Notes under the pieces: model-generated
Databases searched by the model: none
What the model was told of the DNA's origin: nothing
The model's input: only the letters and a program-made list of their open reading frames with translations
Assembly: GCA_964016885.1 (NCBI GenBank)
Contig: OZ024740.1
Span: 65,224,001-65,288,000, forward strand
Length of the DNA: 64,000 bases
Source of the DNA: Eledone cirrhosa
Taxonomy: Eukaryota
Reading direction: 5' to 3'
Program-made: the position numbers and the translations under genes
Shown here: one piece after another, positions 1 through 12,952 of the stretch
How the letters are laid out: every line of letters begins with the position of its first letter
Numbering within the stretch: position 1 is the first letter of the stretch

Positions 1-77
1 TTGTTTTTTTTAAATTGTTATTATCATGAGTGGTTCCTTAATGTGAGCATTGCGTGGCTTAAGAATGAAATTATTAA

Positions 78-126
78 TAATTGTCTCCACTCCAGGCACA
101 AGGCCAGCAATCACCCAGTGCATTAC
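78..126 (-). mobile_element. 3' fragment of the tRNA-derived SINE
   Basis: Reverse complement reads gtaatgcactgggtgattgctggccttgtgcc..gagacaatt, matching the 3' end of the SINE copies at 28203 and 62107. Confidence 0.7.
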
Positions 127-879
127 AATAATATAATATACATTTTGTTGTAGTTGGCTGTTATTGCTGCTGGCTATGTCGGTGGTGGTGCCGGGGCTTT
201 TTATATTGTTGGTGAGGAAGGGGTGAGCCAGCAGTCCCATAATTGTTGATGTAGACGTTTGTCCGTGGCAAGGTCACCAAGTCAATCTATTTATATCTTT
301 TGCTAGCCTCTCTCTTGTCTAGTGCTACCACCACCTTCCCTTTTCTCTCTCAAGTTAACAGGGGAATAGTGTCAGTAGCATTGAATGAGTGGTGGCGGCG
401 ATGATAGATGTGGTGGGGTGGTGGCAGCGGTGGTGGTGTGGTTACTGATATAGTATCTATGAGTTTGTGTTCGTATGTTTAATATATATTTTCATTATAT
501 TTTGTGTTGACATATTCCCGTAAAATTTGAATTAAACATTTTTTAAAATTTGAGACAATAATAATAGTAATTATTATTATGATGCCGGTGAAGTTGCCGT
601 TATATTTAGTGTGATGGGATTGGTGTGTATCAAGTTTCTGGTGTTGGTGAAATTGAAATTGCCGCTGTTCTATATAGTGTAGACAGAGGGTGTTTTGTTC
701 CATTTATAACCATTTTCTTTTTTTGAATACAAAATATATAATACAAAATTAAATATTTGAGCGATACAACAATATAATATGGATCCGAAACTTTATGGGA
801 CCTCATTCGGTGCCTTTATGCAACATTTGTGCTAAGAATTGTTCTTTCACAATTGATTTAAATATGTTAACAATCAAAA

Positions 880-914
<35 letters not shown>

Positions 915-949
915 GGGTAATTGCTGGCCTTGTGCCTAAAATAGAAACA

Positions 950-952
<3 letters not shown>
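915..952 (+). mobile_element. 3' fragment of the tRNA-derived SINE with (ATT)n tail
   Basis: tgggtaattgctggccttgtgcctaaaatagaaacaatt followed by (ATT)n. Confidence 0.75.
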
Positions 953-997
<45 letters not shown>

Positions 998-1000
998 GTT

Positions 1001-4000
1001 ATTCCTTGAATCTCAGTCATTGATGTTGGTTAACTGGAAAGTCCGTTGGATTGAATATCAAGCCACTACCTGCAGCCTCAGATATTCAGGACGTATCGGA
1101 GGGTTCTTGCTGTTCCAAGCAAGCATGCCTTTTGAAGCGTTCCAAAAACGTGAAGGGGCCGATTTTCTTTAACCATCCCTGGAAACCTTTGGAGATAGTC
1201 CCCAGTGTGCCTATGACAATCGGGATCACTTTGACTTCATGGCAGTTCCAAATCCTTTTCACCTCCCACTTTAGGTCCTGGTATCGGTTAATTTTCTCCC
1301 TCTCCTTCTCTTGCACTCTCGTGTCGAACGGGCAGGCCACATCCACAATCAGGCACGATCTTTTTTCTTTGTTCACAACCACCAGGTCAGGTCTATTGTG
1401 TTCCAGTTTTTGTCCGTCTGTATCCTAAAATCCCACAGCACCTTCACCTGACTGTTCTCCATCACCGCCTCTGGCCTATGCTCATACCATTTCTCAGAAT
1501 GTGGTAGATTGTTTACTTTGCACAGGTGCCAGTGGATCACCCTGCCCATCACATCGTGTCTCCAGCCCTTATAGTGGGTCTGGGCTAGGTGTTTACACTC
1601 GGACACAATGTGAGCCACAGTCTCCTCTCTCTCTCCACAGATCCTGCACAGTGGGCTAGCCTCCTCCTTGTAGATATGGTGCTTCAACCACTTCGTTTTG
1701 AGGGACTGCTCCTGCGCAGCCATTAGCATTCCTTCTGTAGCCTTTTTGAGGTCTCCTCTTCTCAACCAGTTCCATGTCTGTGGATCTCTAAATTCAGTTT
1801 TCTCAAAGAAGGTACTATGAAGGGATTTTCCCTTAAGGCTGCTCTTCCTCCTTGATGTTATTTCCTCCTTGGACATCCCCTGGCCTACTGTCCCCTCCTT
1901 CAGTACAGTTCTGAGCATTGGCTCCTTACTATAGGTCACGTATTTGTATAGGTTGTTTTTCTCCATCTGAACACAGTCCTCTATGCTGATAAGACCTCTT
2001 CCACCCTCAGATCTCCTTAGGTAGAGTCTATCGACATCACTCCTCTTGTGGAACATGTTGTAGATAGTCAATAGCTTCCTAGTCTTCCTATCCATTTCTT
2101 TTTGTTCAGCAACATTCCATCTCAGAATTCCCGCACTGTACCTAATAATAGACACAGCTCGGGAATTTACTGCGCTTATGGCATTTCTGCTGTTCAGATG
2201 TGACTTCAATACGCTCCTTACTCTCCGAATGTATTCAGTTCTTAACAATTCCTTCATTTTTTTGTTCTTTATGCCATCAGCCTCCAGAAAGCCCAAATAC
2301 TTGTATCCTTCCTCAGAGTCAATTTCCTTTATCATCTCACCTGTTGGTATCTGGATCCCGTTACTTCTGCTCAACCTACCCCTCTTCATCACAATGACTC
2401 CACATTTACCAATACCAAACTGCATACATATATCACTGCTGAAAATACGGACAGTGTCAACAAGCACATCCAACTCCTTCTCACTTTTCCCGAAGAGCTT
2501 AAGATCGTCCATGAAGAGGAGGTGATTGATGGCAAGCTCTCCCCTTCCCAACTTGTATCCTGCTCTCACTTTTCGCAGCATAATGGTCAAGGGCATCAGG
2601 GCAAGGACAAACAACAGAGGGGACAGGCTATCTCCCTGGAAGATACCTCTCTTGATCTTCACGCTTCCCAAGGATACTCCAGTTGATGTCAACTCTGTCT
2701 CCCAGGACCCCATACTCCTGCCCAGCAACTGTCTGATGTTATCTGCCACCCTGAAGATCTCCAGGCTTTTGGTGATCCAGGAATGAGGCACCATGTCAAA
2801 TGCCTTTCTGTAGTCTATCCATCCCATGGCAAGATCAGTGTGTCTCCTCCTGCAATTCCCCATTACCATCTTATCAATAAGCAACTGGTCCTTTGTACCA
2901 CGTGACTTCTTTCGGCATCCTTTCTGTTCGTCCGGTAACAAGTTGTTTGTGTGGAGGTGATGGTAGATTTCCTCAGACACAATGCTCGTCAACAGTTTCC
3001 ACATTACGGGCAGACATGTGATAGGTCTATAGTTGGTAACATCATTACCCTTGATTCGGTCTTTCATTATCAGAACTGTGGTACCTTTTGTCAACCACTC
3101 TGGCACCTCACCCGACACCAAGCAGTCATTGAACATGGCCGTCAGCTTCGGGTGGAGGGATGTTAAATGTTTAATCCAATACCCCTGCACACCATCTGGG
3201 CCTGGTGATTTCCAGTTGGTTAGTTTTTTGGCTTGCCCCTTAAGAGTTTCAACTGTGATACTCAAATCAGTCTGTTGTTGTGCCTGCTCATCGATCTCCC
3301 TCTGTACTGTCTCAATCCACCCTGCCTGGGCATTGTGTCTAACATCCTGCTCCCATATTCCTCTCCAGAATGTTTTAGCTTGTTCCGCCCCAGGGATCAA
3401 GTCGTTGCCTCTTTCTTTCCCCTCAAGCTGTCCAAACAGCATCTTCTGGTTGTTGTCGAACATGCGGTTCTGTTTATACTGACTGACTCTGTTCTCGTAT
3501 CGCCTGATTTTGGCACTCTTTGCTACAATGCGTTGCTTCAATTCCTCTATGATAATATTTAGCTTTTTACTCCTAGTTTTGTATTTTATTTCCAGTCTAT
3601 TTTTAGTGCCTATGTTTTTTAGTGTCCCATTCAGTAGTGACTCAAGCTTTCCTATGTCATTTCTCATTTCCCCGATTTGCCCACTCAGTCACTTCTTCCA
3701 CCACGGCTCTGCTCTTTCTTGTCTGTTGTTTCCTCTCGCTTTTATACCAAGTAGTTTCCTCACCGTATTTGCTGTTGCTTTGAGGATATTGTTGCACTGG
3801 TGAAGGCTCCTCGCCTCAAGGTATGGGATGACTTTGTTTACCTTAGCTGTTGTTTCTTTTAACTTTTTCCTGTCTACAAATCTTAGGTTCATAGGTCTCC
3901 CACTATCATTGTTCAATTCATCTACCACTAAATTTAGGATGTCAACCGAATCTTGTCCTAGCCCGTCAGCATTCATCTCCTCAGTGGCCGTATCTCTGTT

Positions 4001-4653
4001 CCAGGTATTATTTATCTCAGTATTCAGATCATTGTCTGCTTCGGGTGGTTCCTCCGTTCTCAGGACCTCCTCACCTTCATTTCCCACCGGCTCGCTTGTC
4101 TGGCATACTACACCCGCCATCTCCAAGCCATTCTCTCTGCTCAGTTCCTCCAGTTCCAGCTCGCTTATCCACCCATTAGTTCTTATTACCCGAGCCTGCC
4201 CGGCCAATTTTTGTTCATCTAATTTAAATAAACCAATCTCGTTCCAGATGTTATGCATCCGTCTCCTGTAGCCCCTCTCCTTGGGGTTACTTTTCAGGTA
4301 GCATTGCATAACAGTTCTATTCAATTCTTTCGTCCAGTTGGTTCTGGCCCCTTTCCTTCTTCTTCTTCCTCCAACATCAGCAGTATTTGGTTGACAGTCA
4401 GGTTCCTGCTGCTGAGCCAGGGGGCACCTGTTGGGTGAGAGTCTGTCACATGACGTTCTAGTCTCCATTTCACCGTTATTCGAACTGTTTATGTTCGATA
4501 TTTAAACACTCTTATCGAGGATTGGCGAATGTATGTTTACATAGCCATCTGTGGATCCGCCATCCCACTTGGCCCTTGTGTGGCATTATCACCACGCTGT
4601 ATACGAACACACATAAACAAACAAACACACGGGCAGAAAGGGCCCCAAAAATG
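1001..4653 (-). mobile_element. Near full-length R4/Dong-clade non-LTR retrotransposon (RT, CCHC zinc knuckle, restriction-like endonuclease) inserted in (TAA)n
   Basis: ORFs 3689..4468, 1373..3667 and 1086..1382 join into one frame. RT motifs KSPGPDG, NYRPITCL, GIFQGDSLSPLLF, HLLFMDDLK; CRICGEREETVAHIVSEC; RHD and PDLVV..IVDVACP..EKINRY (RLE). (TTA)n tracts on both sides (881-1000, 4655-4707). Confidence 0.92.
1086..4468 (-). pseudogene. Single ORF of the R4/Dong element (~1130 aa), with one stop codon and one frameshift
   Basis: In-frame TGA at 3689-3691 (WWKK*LSG, probably from CGA) and a 1-nt loss in the A-run near 1406-1410 (restoring it gives TDKKLEHNRPDLVVV). Confidence 0.88.
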
Positions 4654-4654
4654 A

Positions 4655-4710
<56 letters not shown>

Positions 4711-5099
4711 TCCCACCAGGCGTTACCAGCTGTTTTGAACATTTATACAGGAGCAACTCTGTCTATCCATAGAGTGCTCTTATCTCGAAGAAAGTGGCAA
4801 TTATATCATTTCAAAGCTTTCCAATGTTCCCTTTAATGAGACGGACAGAATAAATGTTGATATCTAACTTGATGTCCCCTCTGCTTTGCGAGCTTAGAGA
4901 CCACGGAAGGTTTTCATGACCACACGGGTGGGTATATGTATTATTAAATGGTAAAATATATACAACAAATGAGTAAGTGAATTGTAGTAGATGGTTTCCA
5001 TTCCAGTCAGACTGCAACTACAAATAAAAAATGTTAGTTTGCTTGTAACAACAGCATATGCAAATTCTCGGATAAATCAACGTACTTTAACTTTGACCT

Positions 5100-6125
5100 T
5101 ATTTCAATGGTACCCTTGAGCTTCATGGAGTCTAGCTAACTCTTTGACGTGAGGCTGAATTTTCCTAAGATGTAGTCAGAGATCTCCACGTGTAATTACA
5201 TTGTAACGGTTGCGAGACTTACTGTGCGGTCTGGAAACAGTATCAAACCTCCTCTCGACTAATTATGAGCTTGGAAAAGGCAGAGCAAATCACTTAGCCT
5301 CTGCATTTAGGTGTGGAAATCGATGCTGAATTTCCTCTTGAATTCCAAAAAGGGATTCACCTATTTTGTCATTTGCTTGATGTTCAATGAATTCTTCCTG
5401 AAATTTAACATCCAAATTGTCGACGTTAGCTATGAAGTGATCTGCTATCCACATTGGGATGTCCATTGGCAAAAGGCTGATAAACCATTCTCCCATGCTG
5501 TCTGTAGCGCACGGAGGTGAGTAGTATAAATTTGGAGTTGGTCATCGCTTACAATGTTTTGAACATTGGCGACACTAGGAAAATTATAGAATTCCCGTCA
5601 ACAAAGATTCCTTTCGATGACATTCAATTTGGCCAGGAATGTTTTCACAGCATTCCTTGCTTTAAGCAAGGTTATCTTCTTCTCCTGCAAAGCCAAAATG
5701 ACGCTATTGTATTTGTTGAAGATGTCGGTGAGGTAGGGGTTTTCTTGTACAGTTCTGTGTTGCATCCTTGCAGAAACTTAATGAAAGAGTCGAAGAGTTC
5801 AAAGAAGTGAGTTAACACTTGCCCTTTGAAAGCCACCTTACTTCAGTATGAAGGAGCAACTTGATGAATTCTTCGTAATTATCTTGACACAGTTGCCGGA
5901 AAATTCGTTCATTAAGGGAATGACGTTTGATAAAATTTATGACATCAATGGCCACCTGCAAGGAGTTGCTCAGCGGCTTGCTGAGTTTCTTTGCAGCCAA
6001 GTGTTGTCGATGAATGACACAATGAAGAGCAAATACAGATAGATTTTCTCTCTTCAGAAGAGTGACGAAACCCTTATGTTGGCCGACCATTGCTCTTGCG
6101 TCATCCGTAGCACATGATACAATGT
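5100..6125 (-). mobile_element. Degenerate hAT (Buster/Charlie, ZBED8/SCAND3-like) transposase, C-terminal part
   Basis: HCVIHRQHLAAK and LLLHTEVRWLSKG in ORF 5812..6090; LPFPSSxLVERG-like motif near 5250-5285; multiple stops. Confidence 0.85.
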
Positions 6126-6398
6126 GTGTTGCCTGTGGTCCTAGATGTATGTATTACCTGATTATGTGTTGTATGTGGTCCTAGATGTTTGTATTACCTG
6201 ATTATGTGTTGTATGTGGTACTAGATGTTTGTATTACCTGATTATGTGTTGTATGTGGTCCTAGATGTTTATATTACCTGCTTGTATGTTGTATGTGGTC
6301 CTAGATGTATGTATTACCTGCCTGTAAGTTGTATGTGGTCCTAGATGTATGTATTAGCTTATTATGTGTTGCATGTAGTCCTAGATGTGTGTACTACC
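6125..6398. repeat. Minisatellite, 40-bp unit, about 7 copies
   Basis: tgtggtcctagatgt(a/t)tgtattacctgattatgtgttgta recurs at 6135, 6175, 6215, 6255, 6295, 6335 and ~6374. Confidence 0.95.
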
Positions 6399-6825
6399 CA
6401 CATCAGTTTTTTTTCTTTTCTTTTTTCATTTATAATATTATTTATACAATAGGGAATAAAATAGATCTACATAGTGTTAACTCGTTACGGTTGAGTCAAT
6501 AATTTCACACATGAAATACATAGTTATCGGTGAAGGAAAGATAAGATTCTAACTGGCTGCACTCAAAGTGTCCTTGACCCAGCTTACTGTGGGTTTTTCC
6601 ATTTTTAGGATCTCGATTTCCGGTTAATGTCTAGACACGCCTGCACACCTGCTCACAACTGCGGTCAGACTATAGTTATGCTGTCTGCATGCTCATTCAA
6701 ATGCATTCACACTGGCTGTCTCAAAGACATACAAATATGGCTTATAAAACTTACCAAAGTAAAGAGCCTTCCAGCCCCCCCCCCCCCCCGACTCCAAACG
6801 CCCCTAACGCGACCTTGCTCCCAAA

Positions 6826-6864
6826 CGCCCCCCGAGGGTGCATATGCCTCCCGTTGAGAACCTT
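6826..6864 (-). mobile_element. Probable hAT/Charlie-type terminal inverted repeat end
   Basis: Minus strand caaaggttctcaacgggaggcatatgcaccctcggggggcg resembles CAGNGGTTCTCAAC hAT termini. The partner TIR was not found. Confidence 0.4.
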
Positions 6865-7931
6865 TGATTTAGAAGATCAACAACACAACATGTTGAACAC
6901 CACGCTTTTTTCGACAATGAAATGGTATGTATACTTAATGACCAATATCTCCTCTTGTTCCCAATAATTTCTCCTTTAACCGAATACAAATGTTCTTCCA
7001 ATACTGTTTGTTCCAATTATTTGAAATAATTAATATTCTTTCTTTTATTCATAAAAATATTTAATATGTCTGTGTGTCTGTGCGTGTGCTTCTGTGAGAT
7101 GATCCTCCGAATAGTTACTACGCCATTATGGAGCAAATTGTATAATTGCACAAGCATGCTCAACACTTTTATTGAAATATATACTGCTACGCAGTTTTAC
7201 AAAAATACATTTGATGCGATGAACTCTAAATACATATGTGTGTGCACGGGTTTGTGTATCTATGTGTCCTTCTGTGTTTGTAGGGCTATGAATATGGAAG
7301 CACGTTTCTGTGAAGATGTTTTTATGCATGCGTATAATAGTGATACATATACAACAGTAAATGTGTTTTAGAATGTTTGTAATCAGCCAAACGCTCAGAA
7401 GAGTATGTACACATACAACTACGTAAAATTTAACATCTGACATGACCGAAACACATTTACGATCTGACGTGTTATTAAAAAAACCCCAAATATTTGTTAA
7501 CTGTGATGTGTGAATACATGATAGGCGTAAATACAAGCAACATTTCAGAAAGTTAGTTAGCTGTCAGAAGAATATCAGAATACTATTTGGATAAAAGAAT
7601 ATCAAGATAAGATATACATTTATATACTTCATTGTGACCTCTTGGCGTGGAGTACTTTACATGTTCAAACATTTTTGGATAAGTAAAAGTAGTCAAGGGA
7701 ATGGAAGCTTGAAACCAAACTAAATATATTGGTAAAGTTTTCTTTACTTTTCTGATAGGTTTCAATTCAATGTAAAATCATTTTAGAACGACAAATATTA
7801 GTGTTATACAAACACAAACACACACATATATACAAATATAGACACACACACATATATATATATACAGATATATACACACGTACACGCATATATATGTACA
7901 TATGTATGTATGCCTGTATATGTATGTACAT

Positions 7932-8628
<697 letters not shown>

Positions 8629-8784
8629 ATACATGTTATACATTAATATATATGATAAACACAAAATGTGTTTGCATTGTAACAGACAAAGTTAGCTATA
8701 AATGAAATAAACTAATTAAAGTGAATACAATTTGTCTGTCTCGATATAAGTCAATAAAGACAAGCTTATATTGGCAAAAGCCGT

Positions 8785-8934
8785 GATTCCTGGATAAATC
8801 TAAATTTCAAAATCCAAACCCGCTCCGTAGACGAATTTGAACTTCGAAACCTAAATATGTTTCGCAACGATGGTACATGAATTGAAAAATAAAAAGTGAA
8901 ATATCCAAATCTTCTGTGCTTATCAACAGGAATC
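8785..8934 (-). ncRNA. Second copy of the oversized hammerhead (ATC cleavage triplet)
   Basis: Reverse complement of 9517-9666 with a few substitutions. Confidence 0.75.
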
Positions 8935-9516
8935 CAGTAAAATTAGTACATTCCACCATCAAACATTTTGCAGGTCTGACTACACGTGTGTGTAGCCAGC
9001 CAAACTAGCCGTCCCGCATTCCCGGTGCTAGAAATAACAGCCGTTTATACGGGATTAAAGATCAGCTCTACAGTTAAGGAGCAATATACTATATTATATT
9101 TTGAGATTAAACTCTCAGTCGTTTACAATTAATCAGCTGCAAGAAAGAGGCATTTCCGAGCAGTATATCGAGACAGACAAATTGTATTCACTTTAATTAG
9201 TTTATTTCATCGATAGCTAACTTTGTCTGTTACAATGCAAACACGTTTTGTGTTTATCATATATATTAATGTATAACATGTATTTAACTGCTCGGAAATG
9301 CCTCTTTCTTGGAGCTGATTAATTGTAAACGACTGAGAGTTTAATCTCAAAATATAATATAGTATATTGCTCCTTAACTGTAGGGCTGATCTTTAATCCC
9401 GTATAAACGGCTGTTATTTCTAGCACCGGGAATGCGGGACGGCTAGTTTGGCTGGCTACACACACGTGTAGTCAGACCTGCAACATTTTTGATGGTGGAA
9501 TGTACTAATTTTACTG

Positions 9517-9666
9517 GATTCCTGTTGATAAGCACAGAAGATTTAGATATTTCACTTTTTATTTTTCAATTCATGTACCATCGCTGCGAAACATATTTAG
9601 GTTTCGAAGTTCAAATTCATCTACGGAGCGGGTTTGGATTTTGAAATTTAGATTTGTCCAGGAATC
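9517..9666 (+). ncRNA. Oversized type I hammerhead ribozyme, U3:A8 core variant
   Basis: GATTCCTG (9517-24) - TTGATAA - GCA..TGC - GAAA (9588-91) - 65-nt stem III rod with cTACGg loop - GTC (9656-58) - CAGGAATC. Confidence 0.8.
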
Positions 9667-9733
9667 ACGGCTTTTGCCAATATAAGCTTGTCTTTATTGA
9701 CTTATATCGAGACAGACAAATTGTATTCACTTT

Positions 9734-12432
9734 GTTTTTTCATATATGAGTGTTTGAATTTCTTTTTAATTAAAAATAGGGGCTCACCAAGGGTTTTTTA
9801 AATATATGTAATTTGATTGGTTATAAATGAAATTACGGCTGTCACGTGAACAAGTAGATTCAATTTCGCGCCCGTATTTGGGAATTTATTTTGTAGCCTT
9901 TTAGAGAATTTTATGACAAACAAAAGATAATGGTCAAGAGAAATGGGATGGGAGATATGTTCTGGTTCAGTGAATATAGCAGGTTGTTTTTTCATATATG
10001 AGTGAAGTTTGGTTGGTTGATGTAGTCACGTGAATAAGTATATCAGCTTTCGCGTAAGTTTGTTTGAATTTCTTTTTACTTTAAAAAAAGTGGCTCACGA
10101 AGGCTTTTTTTAAAATAAATATAATTTGATTGGTTATAAATGAAATTATGACTATCACGTGAACAACTTCATTAAAATTCGCGCCAATATTTGGGAATTT
10201 ATTTTGTAGCCTTTTAGAGGATTTTATGACAAGCAAAAGATAATGGTCAAGAGAAATGGGATGGGAGAATTGTTCTGGTTCAGTGAATATGGTTGGTTCG
10301 CTGGGGTGTCAGAATTCAGATTTTCTATTGAAATAAAGAAAGTAAAGATATTTATGTTTATCTGTGTGCTTGTGTGTGTGTGTGTCTGTGTGTGTGTATA
10401 GGAAGATGATTCTATTAGTAGAAATGGGGGAGGGAGTTGTGTGTGTGTGTGTGTGTATATGGGTGTTATGTGTGTGTGTGTGTGGGAGTATTTTAAGATG
10501 GAGAGAAGATACATATTTTGTGTGTGTATATGTGTGTAGGAAAGTGATTCTATTAGTAGAAATGGGGGAGGAAGTTGTGTGTGTGTGGGGTGTTATGTGT
10601 GTGTATGGGTGTTATGTGCGTGTGGTTGTATGGTTAGTATGTTAAGATGAAGAGAATATATATATTGTGTGTGTGTAGGATAATGATTCCGTTAGTAGGA
10701 ATATTTTTGAATGAGCATATTTTACTTACGTAATCGTATTTGTTCTGTTGTATATATATCTCTCTATATATAAAACGATAGATGTCTGTCTGTGTGTGTG
10801 TATGATCTTTATGCATTTCCACATTTCTCTACCGACTTTGATGAAGTTTTGTCCAATGTGCTTCAAATTTACCAGGGCCGGTCAACACGTTATTAATTTT
10901 GCCAAAACTTTCCTGCTTCTATGAGAAAAAATCGATAAAACTAAATACATGCTGTAACCCTTTCTCTTACACGCTTCATTCCTCTCACTACTACCATCAA
11001 CATATATGAAACTACATACATGATGCAACTGTCTTTAAAAGGTTCATCTTTTCCTCTACTCCACTCTCAATCTCCTCTTCAACTCTCTTTAAAAGGTTCA
11101 TCAATCACTCTACTCTCCCCTCAATCTCCTCTGCAACTCTCTTTAAAATGTTATTGCCTCGGTCTACTACCCTTTACTATTTAGAAAAACCAGAAAACTT
11201 CCTTCGAAGGAATGCGACACAAACTTTGAAACCTAAGCAACAAATCGTCATAACGACATTCATACATCAAATATCAAAATTTGAAAAGCCGATAACACAT
11301 AGTAAATACATACTGCTCTCTCAACGTTACATTTTACATCAAATAACAAATATTCAAAAGCAACAGATGCATTTATAAAACAACAAACGTAACAATAACG
11401 ACGCTTAAGCATTTATTTACATGATTCTCAACAAAGACATTATATTTTATTGTTGTCCTTTTTGTAATTTTCTTTCTTTATTTTTCTCAATATGAGACAA
11501 AAAATTGAGAACATTTTGTTCACGGGATTCTATTCAAAGTCGGGACAATTATTGCTTTTGGTCAGGAGAAGGTCATGAAGCAAAAAAATGTTAAATCAAT
11601 CAACAATAAGGGCAAAAATCGATCACGATCATTCCCCCTCTCTATAATTTAACTGCTTTACTCTCTCTGTCGCTCTTCACTCCCTATATGACAACACTGC
11701 AGAGAGAGAAACAATGTATATGATCAAATGGAGCGTTCCGTATATTCCCCCTCTCTATAATTTAACTGTTTTACACTATCTGTAGCTCTTCACTCACTAT
11801 ATGACAACACATACGGCTTATCTGGGGCACTTTTAATCGGCTTATTGCAAATAACAACCCGCAAAATAACACTTCATATAACAGATTAATTCTATATACA
11901 CATGAATCGGAATGTAAGCCGTGAACTTTTTCCTGGGCAAAGTTATTCGAACAGGCATGACCTCATTGCCAGAGTGTTCAGACTGAAACTAGCTAATCTC
12001 CCATGGCCAACTTTATCTTGCCTGTACCCCTGTTCCCGCGTAGGGAGCTGGAATGGACATTTTGCTTACACTTCTCAAGGGATGACATGCAATATCGTCT
12101 ACAAAGAGGTGCTATAGATGTTGGCGCAGGTGTTGGAGGTGTTGGAGCTATGCCGTCTGGAAAACTGGTACGGTCACCCATAGCGGACAGTTCTGACACC
12201 CAGCGGCATCAGGGCCACCATCTTGCAAATTTGGTTTACAAAATTCGCTATTTGAAGATTATTAACCCATCATTGATTGTCCAAAATGCTAATTGGTTCG
12301 TAACTATTAATAACTGGTTTACCTGCTGTATGCACTTAATTGATAAGCTTATGCGCTTTCAAGCTACGTTTACCTGTATGTAACTTTTCATAGCAAATGA
12401 ACAAACCCGAGCAACGCCGGGCTAAACTGCTA

Positions 12433-12434
<2 letters not shown>
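9734..12434 (+). mobile_element. Non-autonomous Helitron deletion derivative (5' boundary uncertain)
   Basis: Rep remnant ELFPGQSYSNRHDLIARVFRLKL (~11920-11990) abuts PIF1 C-terminal remnants SHGQLYLAC..SRVG..NIVYKEVL*. The 3' hairpin cccgagc-aac-gccggg is followed by CTAG|T at 12430-12434. Internal tandem duplications at 10390-10700, 11025-11150 and 11630-11810. Confidence 0.8.
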
Positions 12435-12483
<49 letters not shown>

Positions 12484-12952
12484 TATATATATATATATAT
12501 ACATACGGAGAAATTGTGGTTTAATATACTGTTATTTGTTGTTATTTGTTTTGCTTCGTGAAATTCTCTCGTTCCCACAATAAAAAAAATTAAAATATGT
12601 AATAGAAAATAAACAGTTCAGAATTTGAATAGATATACATATTCATATCTATACGCAGAAGGGCACAAGTATCTGTAAGTACAAATGCCCATTTATATGT
12701 GAACGTAAACAAAACTGTATCTCATATACAATCAATTAAATCTGTTTCATGTGCGATAGAAACTTATACCCTATTTTTTAACAAATTTACGTATGCGTCC
12801 ACAGAGACATATTGTGTTTTATATACATATCTAAACATTTAAAATGCACATATAGATGTATATATATTCGCACGAATTTGAATATATATAGTTTCAATAG
12901 ATGTACCTACACACACACACAGAGATAAATATATATATATATATATATATAT

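Larger units (their letters stand above)
8629..9733. mobile_element. Retrozyme-like element, locus 1: 539-bp unit, one minus copy plus ~1.05 inverted (plus) copies
   Basis: 8629-9164 is the reverse complement of a circular permutation of 9164-9733; tatatcgagacagacaaattg recurs at 9164 and 9703 (period 539). Contains HHRs; no ORF. Confidence 0.85.

Noticed and set aside
2178-4271. Plus-strand ORFs overlapping the LINE
   Set aside because: These are antisense shadows of the RT reading frame.
4500-4645. HDV-like ribozyme at the 5' end of the R4/Dong element
   Set aside because: A 7-bp helix GGCCCTT/AAGGGCC exists on the minus strand, but I could not find the L3 (TCC), P1.1 or J4/2 elements.
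6125-6398. CRISPR-like array
   Set aside because: The 40-bp units are contiguous with no unique spacers, in a eukaryotic context; this is a minisatellite.
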